Below, piece after piece: positions 29,200-38,428 of a stretch of 64,000 nucleotides of DNA. The position numbers and the translations under genes were made by a program. The notes below the pieces were generated by a model that was not told where the DNA came from, searched no databases, and worked only from the letters and a program-made list of their open reading frames with translations. Each line of letters begins with the position of its first letter. Position 1 is the first letter of the stretch. The stretch is from Candidatus Omnitrophota bacterium (lineage in GTDB: Bacteria; Omnitrophota; Omnitrophia; Omnitrophales; Aquincolibacteriaceae): NCBI GenBank assembly GCA_003140935.1, contig PLLJ01000041.1:12212-76211 (forward strand). Direction: 5' to 3'.

Positions 29200-30834
29200 C
29201 TAGCGATCGCAACAAGCATAGCAGAGCTCAAAACTTTTATTCACCAACGGAAAATCGGGAATGATCGCATTTAAGGCCGCATACGGTACGGCCGGCCAGT
29301 TGGCATAACTGGCGGAACGCACATGATAGCGGTCCACACATCCGTTCCCGTCGGTGCGCAGCCAGTGAATGGACGCGCCGCGCGGCGACTCCACCGCGGA
29401 CAGCCCGATCCTCCAGGGCGGCAGGACTTCGGGAAGCGGGAGAAAAAAAGGGCCCGGCGGCAACTTCTTGGCCAGGAGCTGAAGGAGCCGTATGGATTCA
29501 AACGCTTCGGCCACCCGTACTTTGACGCGGGACTGAACATCCCCCGAAGATTTTGTCACCACCTGTGGGAGGACGGCCCCCGGCATGGCATAGCCCGCGT
29601 GGGGGTGGTCCCGGCGCGCATCCCGATCGATCCCGCTGGCGCGGGCCGTCACCCCCGTCACTCCCAGATCTTTTGCGATCTGAGCGGATAAAGTGCCGGT
29701 GCAATCCATGCGGTCCATCACCGAGGAGTTGTACGAAAAGCTCGTCATGAGTTCCTCAAGCTGTTTGCCGAGGGTGGCGGTGATCGTAGAAACCGCCGCC
29801 ATTTGCTGCGCGGTAAAATCGTAACGGACCCCGCCGGGAAACACCATGCCGCGCAAAAAACGGTTTCCCGTCAGCCGTTCGTTTTCCCGCTGGAGCTCTT
29901 CCTTGAGACGCGCCCCCGCCGAGGTTCCCCAGTGATAACCGACGCCCGCACAAATCGCGCCGATGTCTCCCACATGGTTATAGAGCCGCTCCAATTCCAG
30001 GGCGAGGGTCCGGAGACACTGGGCGCGCGGCGGGACCGTCACGCCGGCGATCTGTTCGACGGCTTCGGAAAAAGCAAGAGCGTTCGCGACCGAACAGGCA
30101 CCGCATAAACGCTCGGCCAGGTAAAAGGCCTCATCGAGGGGAAGGCCTTCCGCCCGCTTTTCAAGTCCCCGGTGAGCGTAGAACAGCCGCGCATCGAGGT
30201 GAAGCACGGTCTCCCCCACGGAGCTGAATCGGAAATGACCCGGCTCAATGATGCCCGCATGGATCGGACCCACGGGGATCTCCATGACCCCTTCTCCCTC
30301 GATCATCAGGTGGGGAAATTCCACCGCGGATAGTTTTTCGGGCCGCATTTTCGGATCGAAATCTTTACGCAACGGATAGAGCCCCGGAGGCCAACCATCG
30401 TGTAAGACCAATGATCGCGGATCGGGATGCCCCTCGGGATCGATGCCCAACATGTCCCGCATCTCCCGTTCGTGCCAATTGGCCGCCGGCACCAGCGACG
30501 TGATCGAAGGCACCCGGGGATTTCCCGGATCCAAAGAGACCCGAAGCGTCACAAAGAGATCCGCGAGCGGGCCCTTGAGAGGGCTTGCCGGCTCGAAAAT
30601 GTAGCGGACCTTAAAGTCGCCGTCGGCCTCTCGCCGTTCATCGGTCGCAACGATGATCGCCAGCCCCATGCCAAGATCGTTTATTAGGGCACCCACCGCG
30701 GCTAAGAGATCCTCCTTTTGTTGAAGGCGTACAGTGAGGTCCTGCGATCGGGGGCCCGTCAGAAAAGCGGCGCGATCCCCCATCCGGCCACTGAGCAGTT
30801 TCTGGATGCTTTTGGCTGACAGCCTAGTGCCCAA
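29200..30834 (-). CDS. HyfG/HycE-like large subunit (NuoC+NuoD fusion)
   Basis: ERE.RDM.G, VGPIHAGIIEPGHFRF, HRGLEK, ERLCGAC, LELERLYNH, ESPRG, DFPLVNKSFELCYACCDR. Confidence 0.92.
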   Translation of the reverse strand: MGTRLSAKSIQKLLSGRMGDRAAFLTGPRSQDLTVRLQQKEDLLAAVGALINDLGMGLAIIVATDERREADGDFKVRYIFEPASPLKGPLADLFVTLRVSLDPGNPRVPSITSLVPAANWHEREMRDMLGIDPEGHPDPRSLVLHDGWPPGLYPLRKDFDPKMRPEKLSAVEFPHLMIEGEGVMEIPVGPIHAGIIEPGHFRFSSVGETVLHLDARLFYAHRGLEKRAEGLPLDEAFYLAERLCGACSVANALAFSEAVEQIAGVTVPPRAQCLRTLALELERLYNHVGDIGAICAGVGYHWGTSAGARLKEELQRENERLTGNRFLRGMVFPGGVRYDFTAQQMAAVSTITATLGKQLEELMTSFSYNSSVMDRMDCTGTLSAQIAKDLGVTGVTARASGIDRDARRDHPHAGYAMPGAVLPQVVTKSSGDVQSRVKVRVAEAFESIRLLQLLAKKLPPGPFFLPLPEVLPPWRIGLSAVESPRGASIHWLRTDGNGCVDRYHVRSASYANWPAVPYAALNAIIPDFPLVNKSFELCYACCDR

Positions 30835-32290
30835 GGGTTACCTCCACAGCGCGGGTAAAAATAGTATCAAGCACCGGAGGGATCATAAGCCCCAGCCCGA
30901 TCATGACAACCACCAGCAGCGACATGGCCAGCACTCCGGAAGCGGGTTCCCCACCGCGGGGCACGGCCGGATCCGGTTCGCCGAACGCCATTTTACCGGC
31001 GTGGTGGATGAGCCCGGCAAAGATGGCGATCACCATCAGAAGAAAAATAGCGATTGCGACAAAGTAGCCTCCCGCAAGACCGGCTTTGAGCACGAGCAGT
31101 TCGCTCACAAAGATGGAGAACGGCGGCGTGCCGGCCAGAGAAAAGGCCCCCAACATGAGGAACGTTCCGGCATAGGGAGCGGCGCGGATAAATCCCCGGA
31201 TCTTGTCCATCGTGTGGGTTTTGTACCGGTCGATGGCATCCCCCGCCACAAAAAAAACCAGCGCCTTGGTCACCCCGTGATTGATAACATGAAACAAGGC
31301 AGCGTAGGTTCCCAAAGGGCCGCCGATCCCGAGGCCCAGGGCGATGATGCCCACGTGTTCTACGCTGTGGTAACCCAGCAGGCGTTTGAAATTTTGCTGA
31401 GTCAGAATAAAGGGTGTTGCGACCACGATCGAGATGATCCCGAATAATAAAAGCAGATGCCCTGAAAATCCGGGGCCGCAGGCACCGATGGCGATCGTGT
31501 GAAAGCGGATGATACCGAACAAAGCACACTTAATCAGCGCGCCCGACAACAACGCCGACACCGGCGTCGGCGCCTGGCTGTGGGCATCGGGTAGCCACAT
31601 ATGCATGGGTGCAAGGCCAGCCTTGGTGCCGTACCCGATCATGATGAAAATAAATCCGATCCGCACGATGTTCGGGTCGAGTCGGGATGCCATCGAAGCG
31701 ATGGTTGTGAAGTTCATGGCCCCCTCGGATGCCCCAGCGTGCGCAGCCGCGGCATATACCAACACCGTACCGAACAGGCCAAATGAAATACCGATCGTGG
31801 TAACAATGATGTACTTCCACGCCGCCTCAAGGCCGTTGCTGTCGAGGCGAAAACCGACCAGGAGTGCCGAGGTGATGGTCGTGGCCTCCATGGTGATCCA
31901 CAGCAAGCCCAAGTTGTCAGCGAGCACCGTGATCAGCATGGTGGCGATAAAGACCTGGGTGAGGGCGAAGTATTTCGAAAGGCGGTGTTCAGCCATACCC
32001 CCGCTGGCGACCTCACGACGCATCCAACCGACGGTGTAAATGGCGGTGGTCACGCTGAGCAAGGCAATCAAACCGAGAAATACCACGGTCACAGCATCCG
32101 CGGAAAATGTTTTTACCGCTCGCAATGGCCCGGCATGCATAACCGCCTGCGCAACAGCCCAGACTAGCATAACGATCGTTGAAGTGCTTACGATGTCGAG
32201 CAGGTTCAACAGACGGCGGTCCTTGACCCCCAGCATCGCTAGGCCAACAACGGTCGGAACTAGCGGCAGTATCCATAATAAAGAAGACAT
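30824..32290 (-). CDS. hyfF: HyfF-like antiporter-type membrane subunit
   Basis: EAAWKY, GYGTKAGLAPMHMWLPDAHSQAP, KRLLGYHSVEH. Confidence 0.88.
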   Translation of the reverse strand: MSSLLWILPLVPTVVGLAMLGVKDRRLLNLLDIVSTSTIVMLVWAVAQAVMHAGPLRAVKTFSADAVTVVFLGLIALLSVTTAIYTVGWMRREVASGGMAEHRLSKYFALTQVFIATMLITVLADNLGLLWITMEATTITSALLVGFRLDSNGLEAAWKYIIVTTIGISFGLFGTVLVYAAAAHAGASEGAMNFTTIASMASRLDPNIVRIGFIFIMIGYGTKAGLAPMHMWLPDAHSQAPTPVSALLSGALIKCALFGIIRFHTIAIGACGPGFSGHLLLLFGIISIVVATPFILTQQNFKRLLGYHSVEHVGIIALGLGIGGPLGTYAALFHVINHGVTKALVFFVAGDAIDRYKTHTMDKIRGFIRAAPYAGTFLMLGAFSLAGTPPFSIFVSELLVLKAGLAGGYFVAIAIFLLMVIAIFAGLIHHAGKMAFGEPDPAVPRGGEPASGVLAMSLLVVVMIGLGLMIPPVLDTIFTRAVEVTLGH

Positions 32291-32295
32291 CCGTG

Positions 32296-32952
32296 TTATC
32301 CTTTCAGCTCATCCAAGTCGGCAATGTCAGAACCGATGCTTGATTTGACGCGAAGAATGATCACTCCCATCACCAGCGCGGCAAGGATCACGTCGAGGGT
32401 GACTCCAATCTCAATGATGAGCGGCATGCCTTGGCTGATCGCCATAGCCGTAAAAAAGATCCCGTTCTCGGCAGCAAACAATCCGACCATCTGCATCAGG
32501 GCCGTACGCCGAGACATCATGACCAAAATACCGATGAGCATGAGCGCGATCCCAATCGGAAGGGCATTTCCGGTAATGACCTGCTTGAGCAAGACGAGAG
32601 ATGATGACAGGTAAAACGCAAGCATGACAATGGCCGCGGCAATGGCAAGCGTCGTCGTAACCGGGATAAGCGGATCGATCTTATGATGGATCCGCATGCG
32701 GTGGATGACCCGCAACAGCAGCCAGGGCAACACGAGGACTTTGACCACGAGTGTCAAGCCAGCGATGACCCACAGATCGGTGTTGTGAGTGGCTGCGCCA
32801 AGCACCGCACCGGCAAGAGCGATGAAGATCGACTGAACGGCCATCGTATAAATAGCCCGGTAAAGGTCTCCTGCCTCCAGAATAATGATCATCGTAATGA
32901 GCAGAAACGCTCCGATAATGTCGATGAGGTGTGTTGCCAGTTCTAAACTCAT
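32296..32952 (-). CDS. hyfE: HyfE-like membrane subunit
   Basis: Hydrophobic, AENGI, GMPLIIEIG..LD; position between hyfC and hyfF. Confidence 0.85.
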   Translation of the reverse strand: MSLELATHLIDIIGAFLLITMIIILEAGDLYRAIYTMAVQSIFIALAGAVLGAATHNTDLWVIAGLTLVVKVLVLPWLLLRVIHRMRIHHKIDPLIPVTTTLAIAAAIVMLAFYLSSSLVLLKQVITGNALPIGIALMLIGILVMMSRRTALMQMVGLFAAENGIFFTAMAISQGMPLIIEIGVTLDVILAALVMGVIILRVKSSIGSDIADLDELKG

Positions 32953-33905
32953 AGAAGCCTCAACGCAACCGCCAGAAAAGAGCTTAACAAACTAATGCTA
33001 AGGAACTGTGGAAGGTTAAAAAAACGCAGTTTCGCGTATGTAGATTCGACAATCGCTAAAAAGACCGATAGCGCCAAAGTTCCCAAAATAAAAGCGCCTA
33101 GTCCCATTACCAGCGCTTGAGGATTCGTGTTTGCAGCTTTCCACGGAAAGAATAGCGCCTGCACAAAAGCGATGAGGACGATCTGTTTGATGTGATGGGC
33201 AAGGACCAGACAGCCGAATCCGGGGCCCGAGTGTTCGAGCAGCATCCCTTCGTGTAGCATGGTGAGTTCTAGATGAGTATCCGGATTATCGACGGGAATA
33301 CGGCCCGTTTCGGCTAACAACAAAATAAGCATCGCGAAAAGAGCCAGGAGGTCGGCAGCCCCGAACGATCCGCGCATCCCTACCGGATGACCCGCGATCA
33401 CCCTCAGATCGGTGGTCCCCGCCACGATCGCGACCGAGAATATCACCAGGATCAACGCCGGCTCCACCAATGTGGCCACGGTCATTTCGCGAGACGCCCC
33501 CATGCCGCCAAAGGCTCCGCCCGCGTCGAGAGCCGCAATGGCCGTCAGGAATCGCGCCAGGGCAAACCAGCCCGCCAGCAAAAGAGCATCCCCGAGAGGC
33601 AACAGCGCCGCATGTCCGGCCGTAACGGGGGCAAAAAAGACAGGGACCAAGGTTGCCGCGGCACAGGTGGCCCCCAGGACGAGTACCGGCACCACGCGAA
33701 AAAATGAGCCGGAGGTGTCGGACTGGACCGTGCCTTTGCGCAGAAGTTTTAGGAGATCGCGGTAAGGCTGGAGGATCCCGGCACCGCGACGGCATTGTAA
33801 GCGGGCCTTCATTTTCTGGATCAAGCCCGTCACCAACGGTCCGAGCAACACCAGAAGGACCACCTGGATAAGAGGCAATATCCATCGAGTCAGCGTTTGG
33901 TCCAC
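32949..33905 (-). CDS. hyfC: HyfC/HycD-like (NuoH family) membrane subunit
   Basis: QPYRDLLKL, FGGMGASRE, ETGRIPVDNPDTHLELTM.HE. GTG 33905 has an RBS. Confidence 0.88.
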   Translation of the reverse strand: MDQTLTRWILPLIQVVLLVLLGPLVTGLIQKMKARLQCRRGAGILQPYRDLLKLLRKGTVQSDTSGSFFRVVPVLVLGATCAAATLVPVFFAPVTAGHAALLPLGDALLLAGWFALARFLTAIAALDAGGAFGGMGASREMTVATLVEPALILVIFSVAIVAGTTDLRVIAGHPVGMRGSFGAADLLALFAMLILLLAETGRIPVDNPDTHLELTMLHEGMLLEHSGPGFGCLVLAHHIKQIVLIAFVQALFFPWKAANTNPQALVMGLGAFILGTLALSVFLAIVESTYAKLRFFNLPQFLSISLLSSFLAVALRLL

Positions 33906-33906
33906 C

Positions 33907-35973
33907 TTACCCCCTTCCGAATACAAGCAAAGTGACCAGCAACGTGATCAGGACAAATCCGATGTAATCATGGATGCGGCCCGTGCTGCGCTGGCGAATG
34001 GCGTTCGCAACGCGCGTCACGCCGGCCTGAACGTGATTATAAAAATGGACGAGAGCCAGGTCGACTACGTCACTTTGCCAGTGGAGCTGGCTTAACACGT
34101 AGGGTGTCGACCCGGTTTTCTTGCGAACGGTCCGTTTCGGTTGGTAAAGTAAGGCGAAAATGAAACGCAACGGTTTGGCGAACGCTGTGGCGGTGTAGTC
34201 GAACCGGCTTTGAGGGGCCATCCCGCATGTCCAGGTCGGTTCCCGGCGACGTGCGAGGGCGCGCGGCCAAACAACTATCCCCCAGGCCACCAGGGCCACG
34301 GCGCCGAACAACACGGCCGCTGCCGTCATCGACACGGCGGTCCCCGTCCCGGGATTCGCGCTTGCCAACAACACCAGGGGACCGCGGGCCGTGATCAGTT
34401 GGCTGGGACCGACACCCCCCAAAAGCCTCATGACAGGAGAGTCCAGCAAAACCATGGCATACCCGGGCATGATCCCGATCATCACGCATACCGTCGCCAG
34501 CAAAACCATCCCCGCCAACATACTCGGAGCCCCTTCAACAGCCTCTGCAGCGTGGGTAGAACGGGGTCGCCCCAGAAAAGTCACCCCAAAAGCCTTCACA
34601 AAACAAGCGGCTGCCAGCCCGCCGGTCAGAGCGAGAGCCGCAGCGACGGCGATCACGACCAACCCACTTCCGCTGCGCAGATACGCGCTGGCCAGGATCA
34701 GAGTCTGAAAGGTCATCCATTCGCTGACAAATCCATTGAGCGGCGGCAGGGCCGAGATTGCGACCGCGCCGATCAGAAAGAGCCATGCTGTCCACGGCAT
34801 GCGTCGCGCGAGTCCGCCGAGTTCCTCCATGTTCAGGATATGGGTGGCCGTTTGAACGACGCCGGCACAAAGGAATAAAAGCCCTTTGAACGCGGCATGG
34901 TTGAGCGTGTGCAGGAGAGCCGCCGCCAACCCGAGCGCGGCAAGTGCATCGGCCGCACCCCCGCGGTGTGTCAAAAGCATGGCCATACCCACGCCCATCA
35001 GGATGATGCCTACGTTCTCAACGCTGTGAAACGCCAGCAACCTTTTAAGATCGTGCTGCTGAAGCGCATAAAGGACGCCGATGATGGCTGAGATCGCGCC
35101 GAGCACCAGGACGATCCATCCCCACGAGGGAGGGAGGGGCCCGGTCGCGGGGGCTAATAGATCCAAACCGAGACGCAATATTCCATAGATCGCTACTTTG
35201 AGCATCACCCCCGACATCAGAGCCGAGGCATGACTAGGCGCGGCGGGGTGCGCCTGAGGAAGCCAGATGTGAAGCGGGACAATGCCGGCCTTGGCCCCAA
35301 GTCCTACGAGCGCAAGAAAAAAAAGGACGGACCGTTCGGTTCCGGACAGCGCCGCGGCCGCTGTCCGCATCGCAGCGAAATCAAAACTCCCGGCATGGAC
35401 CGCCAGCGTCAAAAAGACAACCATCAGCAGTGCCGTTCCTGCGTGCGCCATGATCATGTAGATCAAACCGGCGCGAGTATTGCTTTTTTTCCCTTCGGAT
35501 ACGACTAAGACATAACTCGCCAGCGTCATTCCTTCCCATGCCAGAAGAAAAGTCATCGCGTCGCCCGCGCACAGGACAAGAGCCATCGAAGCGACAAAAA
35601 TATTGATCCCCAGGACTTCCACCGCAGGGGATGAGCCGGAGTGCGCCTTGAGGTACGCCGGACCGTAAATCGCTGCCGCGATCGTGACGATCGAGACGAC
35701 CAACAGAAAAAATGCGCTGAGTCCGTCTAAGGTAAGCACTAAATTCGCGAAGGGAAAAAGATGCGGAAGTTCAACGTGTATTGCAGTCTGCAGCGCGCCG
35801 CCGGTCAGTCGTTGGATCGCCAGAGCCAGCCCGGCCAACGCGCCAATGAGCAAGGCAACGTGACCCAGAACACGGGTCGCATTCCCCCACCGGCTTCCCA
35901 AAATCGATACGGCCGCACCCGCGCCATACGCCCCCAACATGATCCATAACCCACCGATTGACATCTCGCTCAA
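33907..35973 (-). CDS. hyfB: HyfB-like antiporter-type membrane subunit
   Basis: KAGIVPLHIWLPQAHPAAPSH, KRLLAFHSVEN, LPPLNGFVSEW, FLGRPRS, WTCG. Confidence 0.9.
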   Translation of the reverse strand: MSEMSIGGLWIMLGAYGAGAAVSILGSRWGNATRVLGHVALLIGALAGLALAIQRLTGGALQTAIHVELPHLFPFANLVLTLDGLSAFFLLVVSIVTIAAAIYGPAYLKAHSGSSPAVEVLGINIFVASMALVLCAGDAMTFLLAWEGMTLASYVLVVSEGKKSNTRAGLIYMIMAHAGTALLMVVFLTLAVHAGSFDFAAMRTAAAALSGTERSVLFFLALVGLGAKAGIVPLHIWLPQAHPAAPSHASALMSGVMLKVAIYGILRLGLDLLAPATGPLPPSWGWIVLVLGAISAIIGVLYALQQHDLKRLLAFHSVENVGIILMGVGMAMLLTHRGGAADALAALGLAAALLHTLNHAAFKGLLFLCAGVVQTATHILNMEELGGLARRMPWTAWLFLIGAVAISALPPLNGFVSEWMTFQTLILASAYLRSGSGLVVIAVAAALALTGGLAAACFVKAFGVTFLGRPRSTHAAEAVEGAPSMLAGMVLLATVCVMIGIMPGYAMVLLDSPVMRLLGGVGPSQLITARGPLVLLASANPGTGTAVSMTAAAVLFGAVALVAWGIVVWPRALARRREPTWTCGMAPQSRFDYTATAFAKPLRFIFALLYQPKRTVRKKTGSTPYVLSQLHWQSDVVDLALVHFYNHVQAGVTRVANAIRQRSTGRIHDYIGFVLITLLVTLLVFGRG

Positions 35974-36399
35974 TAGGCCCTCTTTTCAATGTCCTTTTTT
36001 TATTATAGTCGGGAAAATAGCTAAAATCATCATAGAATTAGGCGGAGAGAAAAACTATATCATTCTGGTATTTTTATACGAATGTCGCTTTAGATTGGAA
36101 AAACGACATTTAAATAGGCGGTTTTACTCGATATTGAAGCTCGCGGTTTATGACCTTTCATGGTGGGGCCAATCAGAATGATACTAAAAATGATAAGAAT
36201 GAAACGAGGGTGGGAGTTTAGTTTTTGAGGGATAAAAAATAAAAAGCTGGTGTCCGAAAAATGTCCAGAATGCAGCTCATTTTATCAAAAACAATGCAGC
36301 CGCATAAAACGGGTAAAAGGTGGAAATCCTTGAATTTAAGTACCCGCTTCTGTGTTTACTTCGCCCGTTGGTTCTATAACCGAAATCCAACATGAATCC

Positions 36400-36425
36400 C
36401 CTTGTGACCATTTTGTGTCTATTTT
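36400..36425. repeat. Putative integrase arm-type sites (right)
   Basis: CCTTGTGACCATTTTGTGTCTATTTT, matches 27897-27924. Confidence 0.65.
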
Positions 36426-36552
36426 AGCGCTGAATAAGCCTTATGTGAGGTCAAGAGAGGTCAGCACAGAACAAATCAAAAAAGATATTTTGCAGAGGAG
36501 AAATGATGTAAATGAAGGAAGCACAAGAGGTTTGCAAAAAAAGGCGGACGCT

Positions 36553-36595
36553 TTTTGAGTCCAGTGCGTCTGCCAGTTCCGCCATCCCCGCAAAA
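36553..36595 (-). repeat. att direct repeat copy 2: displaced 5' half of tRNA-Leu(CAA)
   Basis: Identity with the tRNA runs from 4 nt upstream through the anticodon loop, then stops. Confidence 0.95.
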
Positions 36596-36686
36596 TTCAA
36601 CACAGAGCCACGAGTTCCATACCTTGAGCCGCTGGCATATCGGGCCCATACGACACCCCTACAGTCAAGACTCATAGCTGAAAGAA

Positions 36687-36762
<76 letters not shown>

Positions 36763-36834
36763 ACGATATTAAGGAACAAAGACTTCTTCCGATTTTCCTG
36801 TCTTCACTCAGGTTCTGAAAGCGCAAGAGGCGGT

Positions 36835-36863
36835 ATTCTACTTAAGATACTGTGGATTTACAA
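36835..36863 (-). promoter_or_regulatory. Sigma70 promoter of the tRNA-Ala operon
   Basis: TTGTAA-17-TAGAAT on the minus strand. Confidence 0.65.
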
Positions 36864-36880
36864 GAAAAGGGTTCCGAAGT

Positions 36881-37222
36881 TTAAAAGAAAGTCTCGGGCT
36901 TGAGAGGCAATTCATTTTGCTGCCCGGGTACCACAGAAAAGAGAACATCCCAAACGCCGCAGCCAAGCCTTGTCACGGCACGGAATGTTCCGTCGACAAA
37001 GCCTGCCATATCCCGGAAAACACGGGGGTTACCATCTGTTTTTTGATCATAGCGGCTGATGGTCGAAGGGATCTCCCAAGGGAAACTTACTATGTTCTTA
37101 AGCCCTCGTGGAAACGCCTGCCCCAACTGGGTGAAATATCCAGGCTCCTCGGCCGCATAAACGGGAGAAAATGACACGCAAAACAGCAGCGCGAACACGA
37201 GGCCGATCATTCTGATTTTCAC
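36881..37222 (-). CDS. Secreted/membrane protein, TIGR04073-like (exosortase-associated) family
   Basis: Signal peptide; RGLKNIVSFPWEIP...R...GVWDV.F motif; paralog at 54050..54388. Confidence 0.65.
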   Translation of the reverse strand: MKIRMIGLVFALLFCVSFSPVYAAEEPGYFTQLGQAFPRGLKNIVSFPWEIPSTISRYDQKTDGNPRVFRDMAGFVDGTFRAVTRLGCGVWDVLFSVVPGQQNELPLKPETFF

Positions 37223-37342
37223 AACACCCTCCGGATGCTTTGGGATCTTCTTGGGAATCCAAACATATTTAAAGTTTTTAAGCTCGCTAGCCGATGCTTT
37301 TTATGCGCAACAAAGATTAGCAACCGTTAACAAGAGGCGCCC

Positions 37343-37534
37343 ATGAAATCAGCTTATAACTGTCCCGCTTGCCAATGGTCCGGCAGTGAAGCTAGCTTCG
37401 TCACTAAGATCCTCTCGATCATGTACCGTCCCAAACATGATAATATCCAGGCTTTTAAGCAGATCAAATGCCCCAAATGTCATAATCTTGTGACGATCAT
37501 CTTCGAAACACTTGATGGGACTATCGTAAAATAG
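37343..37534 (+). CDS. Small Zn-ribbon protein
   Basis: CPAC...CPKC, AAGAGG RBS, fits the intergenic space. Confidence 0.65.
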   Translation: MKSAYNCPACQWSGSEASFVTKILSIMYRPKHDNIQAFKQIKCPKCHNLVTIIFETLDGTIVK

Positions 37535-37638
37535 CGCTTTTTGTCATCCTTGGACGCTTTTGTCGGAGAGCCACTCTGGATTCCCGCTGCCGAGGACAAA
37601 ATACAGCCACTCCTTAACTCGCCCCCTTCCGCAGGGTC

Positions 37639-38412
37639 TTAACGCAAGCATCCGAAATGCGCCAACCGAATCCCGAGATGGTCGACATACCTGCGTAGTT
37701 CTTTCAGACTGAAAAGCTGATACTCCCTCTCTCGCGGGATCGTAAGTGAACTGATGGAGCAAAGCTCATCGTCCACCCACCCTGGATGGCACATGATCTC
37801 GCTTGTTCCCTCCGGAAGCGTGAACAGCAAATGCCTCAACACTTCTTCCGTCCAGAACGTGTGAGGGTCCAGATTTCCATAAAAATGGTCGGTGGTCTTA
37901 AGATCTTTATGCGCGCTCCTAATATCCGGTTCGGTCAAAAGCCGCGTCCAACGGACCGGAAGATCATGTTTTTGAGCGACTGCCGCCAGCGCCTCCAGGA
38001 ACGGTCTAAAATCGTGCATATGATGATGAACATCCACATGGGTCGGCAATCGCTTGAAGACCTTTTCGAATTTCAGGAGCTGCGCTTTGAACTCTTCTAG
38101 GATCTCGGAAACAGGCGGCAATTTTTTTTCGGAATACTGTTCCTTTTTCTTGAAACGTCCGTCCTTCTGAAGGAGAGATCTCACAAGCTCCGGCTTGGCC
38201 ACAGGCTTTCCAAGGGTCACGTTCATATGAAGCCCGATCCCGAGTTTTTTCCTGCTCAGAAGCTCCCGGACTACGCCCGGTCCCACCGGAAGATTGATCA
38301 AAAAGGTCGTACTGGTCACGATTCCGTTCTCGTGGGCTTTCAAAATGGCTGACGTGACCTGGGAGGTTAAATTGCAGTCATCCGCGTTGATGATGAGCAT
38401 CTTTTGTTTCAT
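37639..38412 (-). CDS. ChbG/HpnK (YdjC) family carbohydrate deacetylase
   Basis: LIINADD, GLH.N.T.G.P, THVDVHHH, EIMCHPG. Confidence 0.92.
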   Translation of the reverse strand: MKQKMLIINADDCNLTSQVTSAILKAHENGIVTSTTFLINLPVGPGVVRELLSRKKLGIGLHMNVTLGKPVAKPELVRSLLQKDGRFKKKEQYSEKKLPPVSEILEEFKAQLLKFEKVFKRLPTHVDVHHHMHDFRPFLEALAAVAQKHDLPVRWTRLLTEPDIRSAHKDLKTTDHFYGNLDPHTFWTEEVLRHLLFTLPEGTSEIMCHPGWVDDELCSISSLTIPREREYQLFSLKELRRYVDHLGIRLAHFGCLR

Positions 38413-38428
38413 TTGATATCTCTTTTGT

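Larger units (their letters stand above)
27786..36595. mobile_element. Integrated genomic island in tRNA-Leu carrying a Hyf/Ehr-like operon (integrase decayed)
   Basis: 43-bp direct repeats at 27786-27828 and 36553-36595, integrase remnant next to one repeat, GC-rich cargo. Confidence 0.88.

Noticed and set aside
36553-36591. Second tRNA-Leu gene or split tRNA
   Set aside because: Only the 5' half up to the anticodon loop is present; explained as an att remnant.
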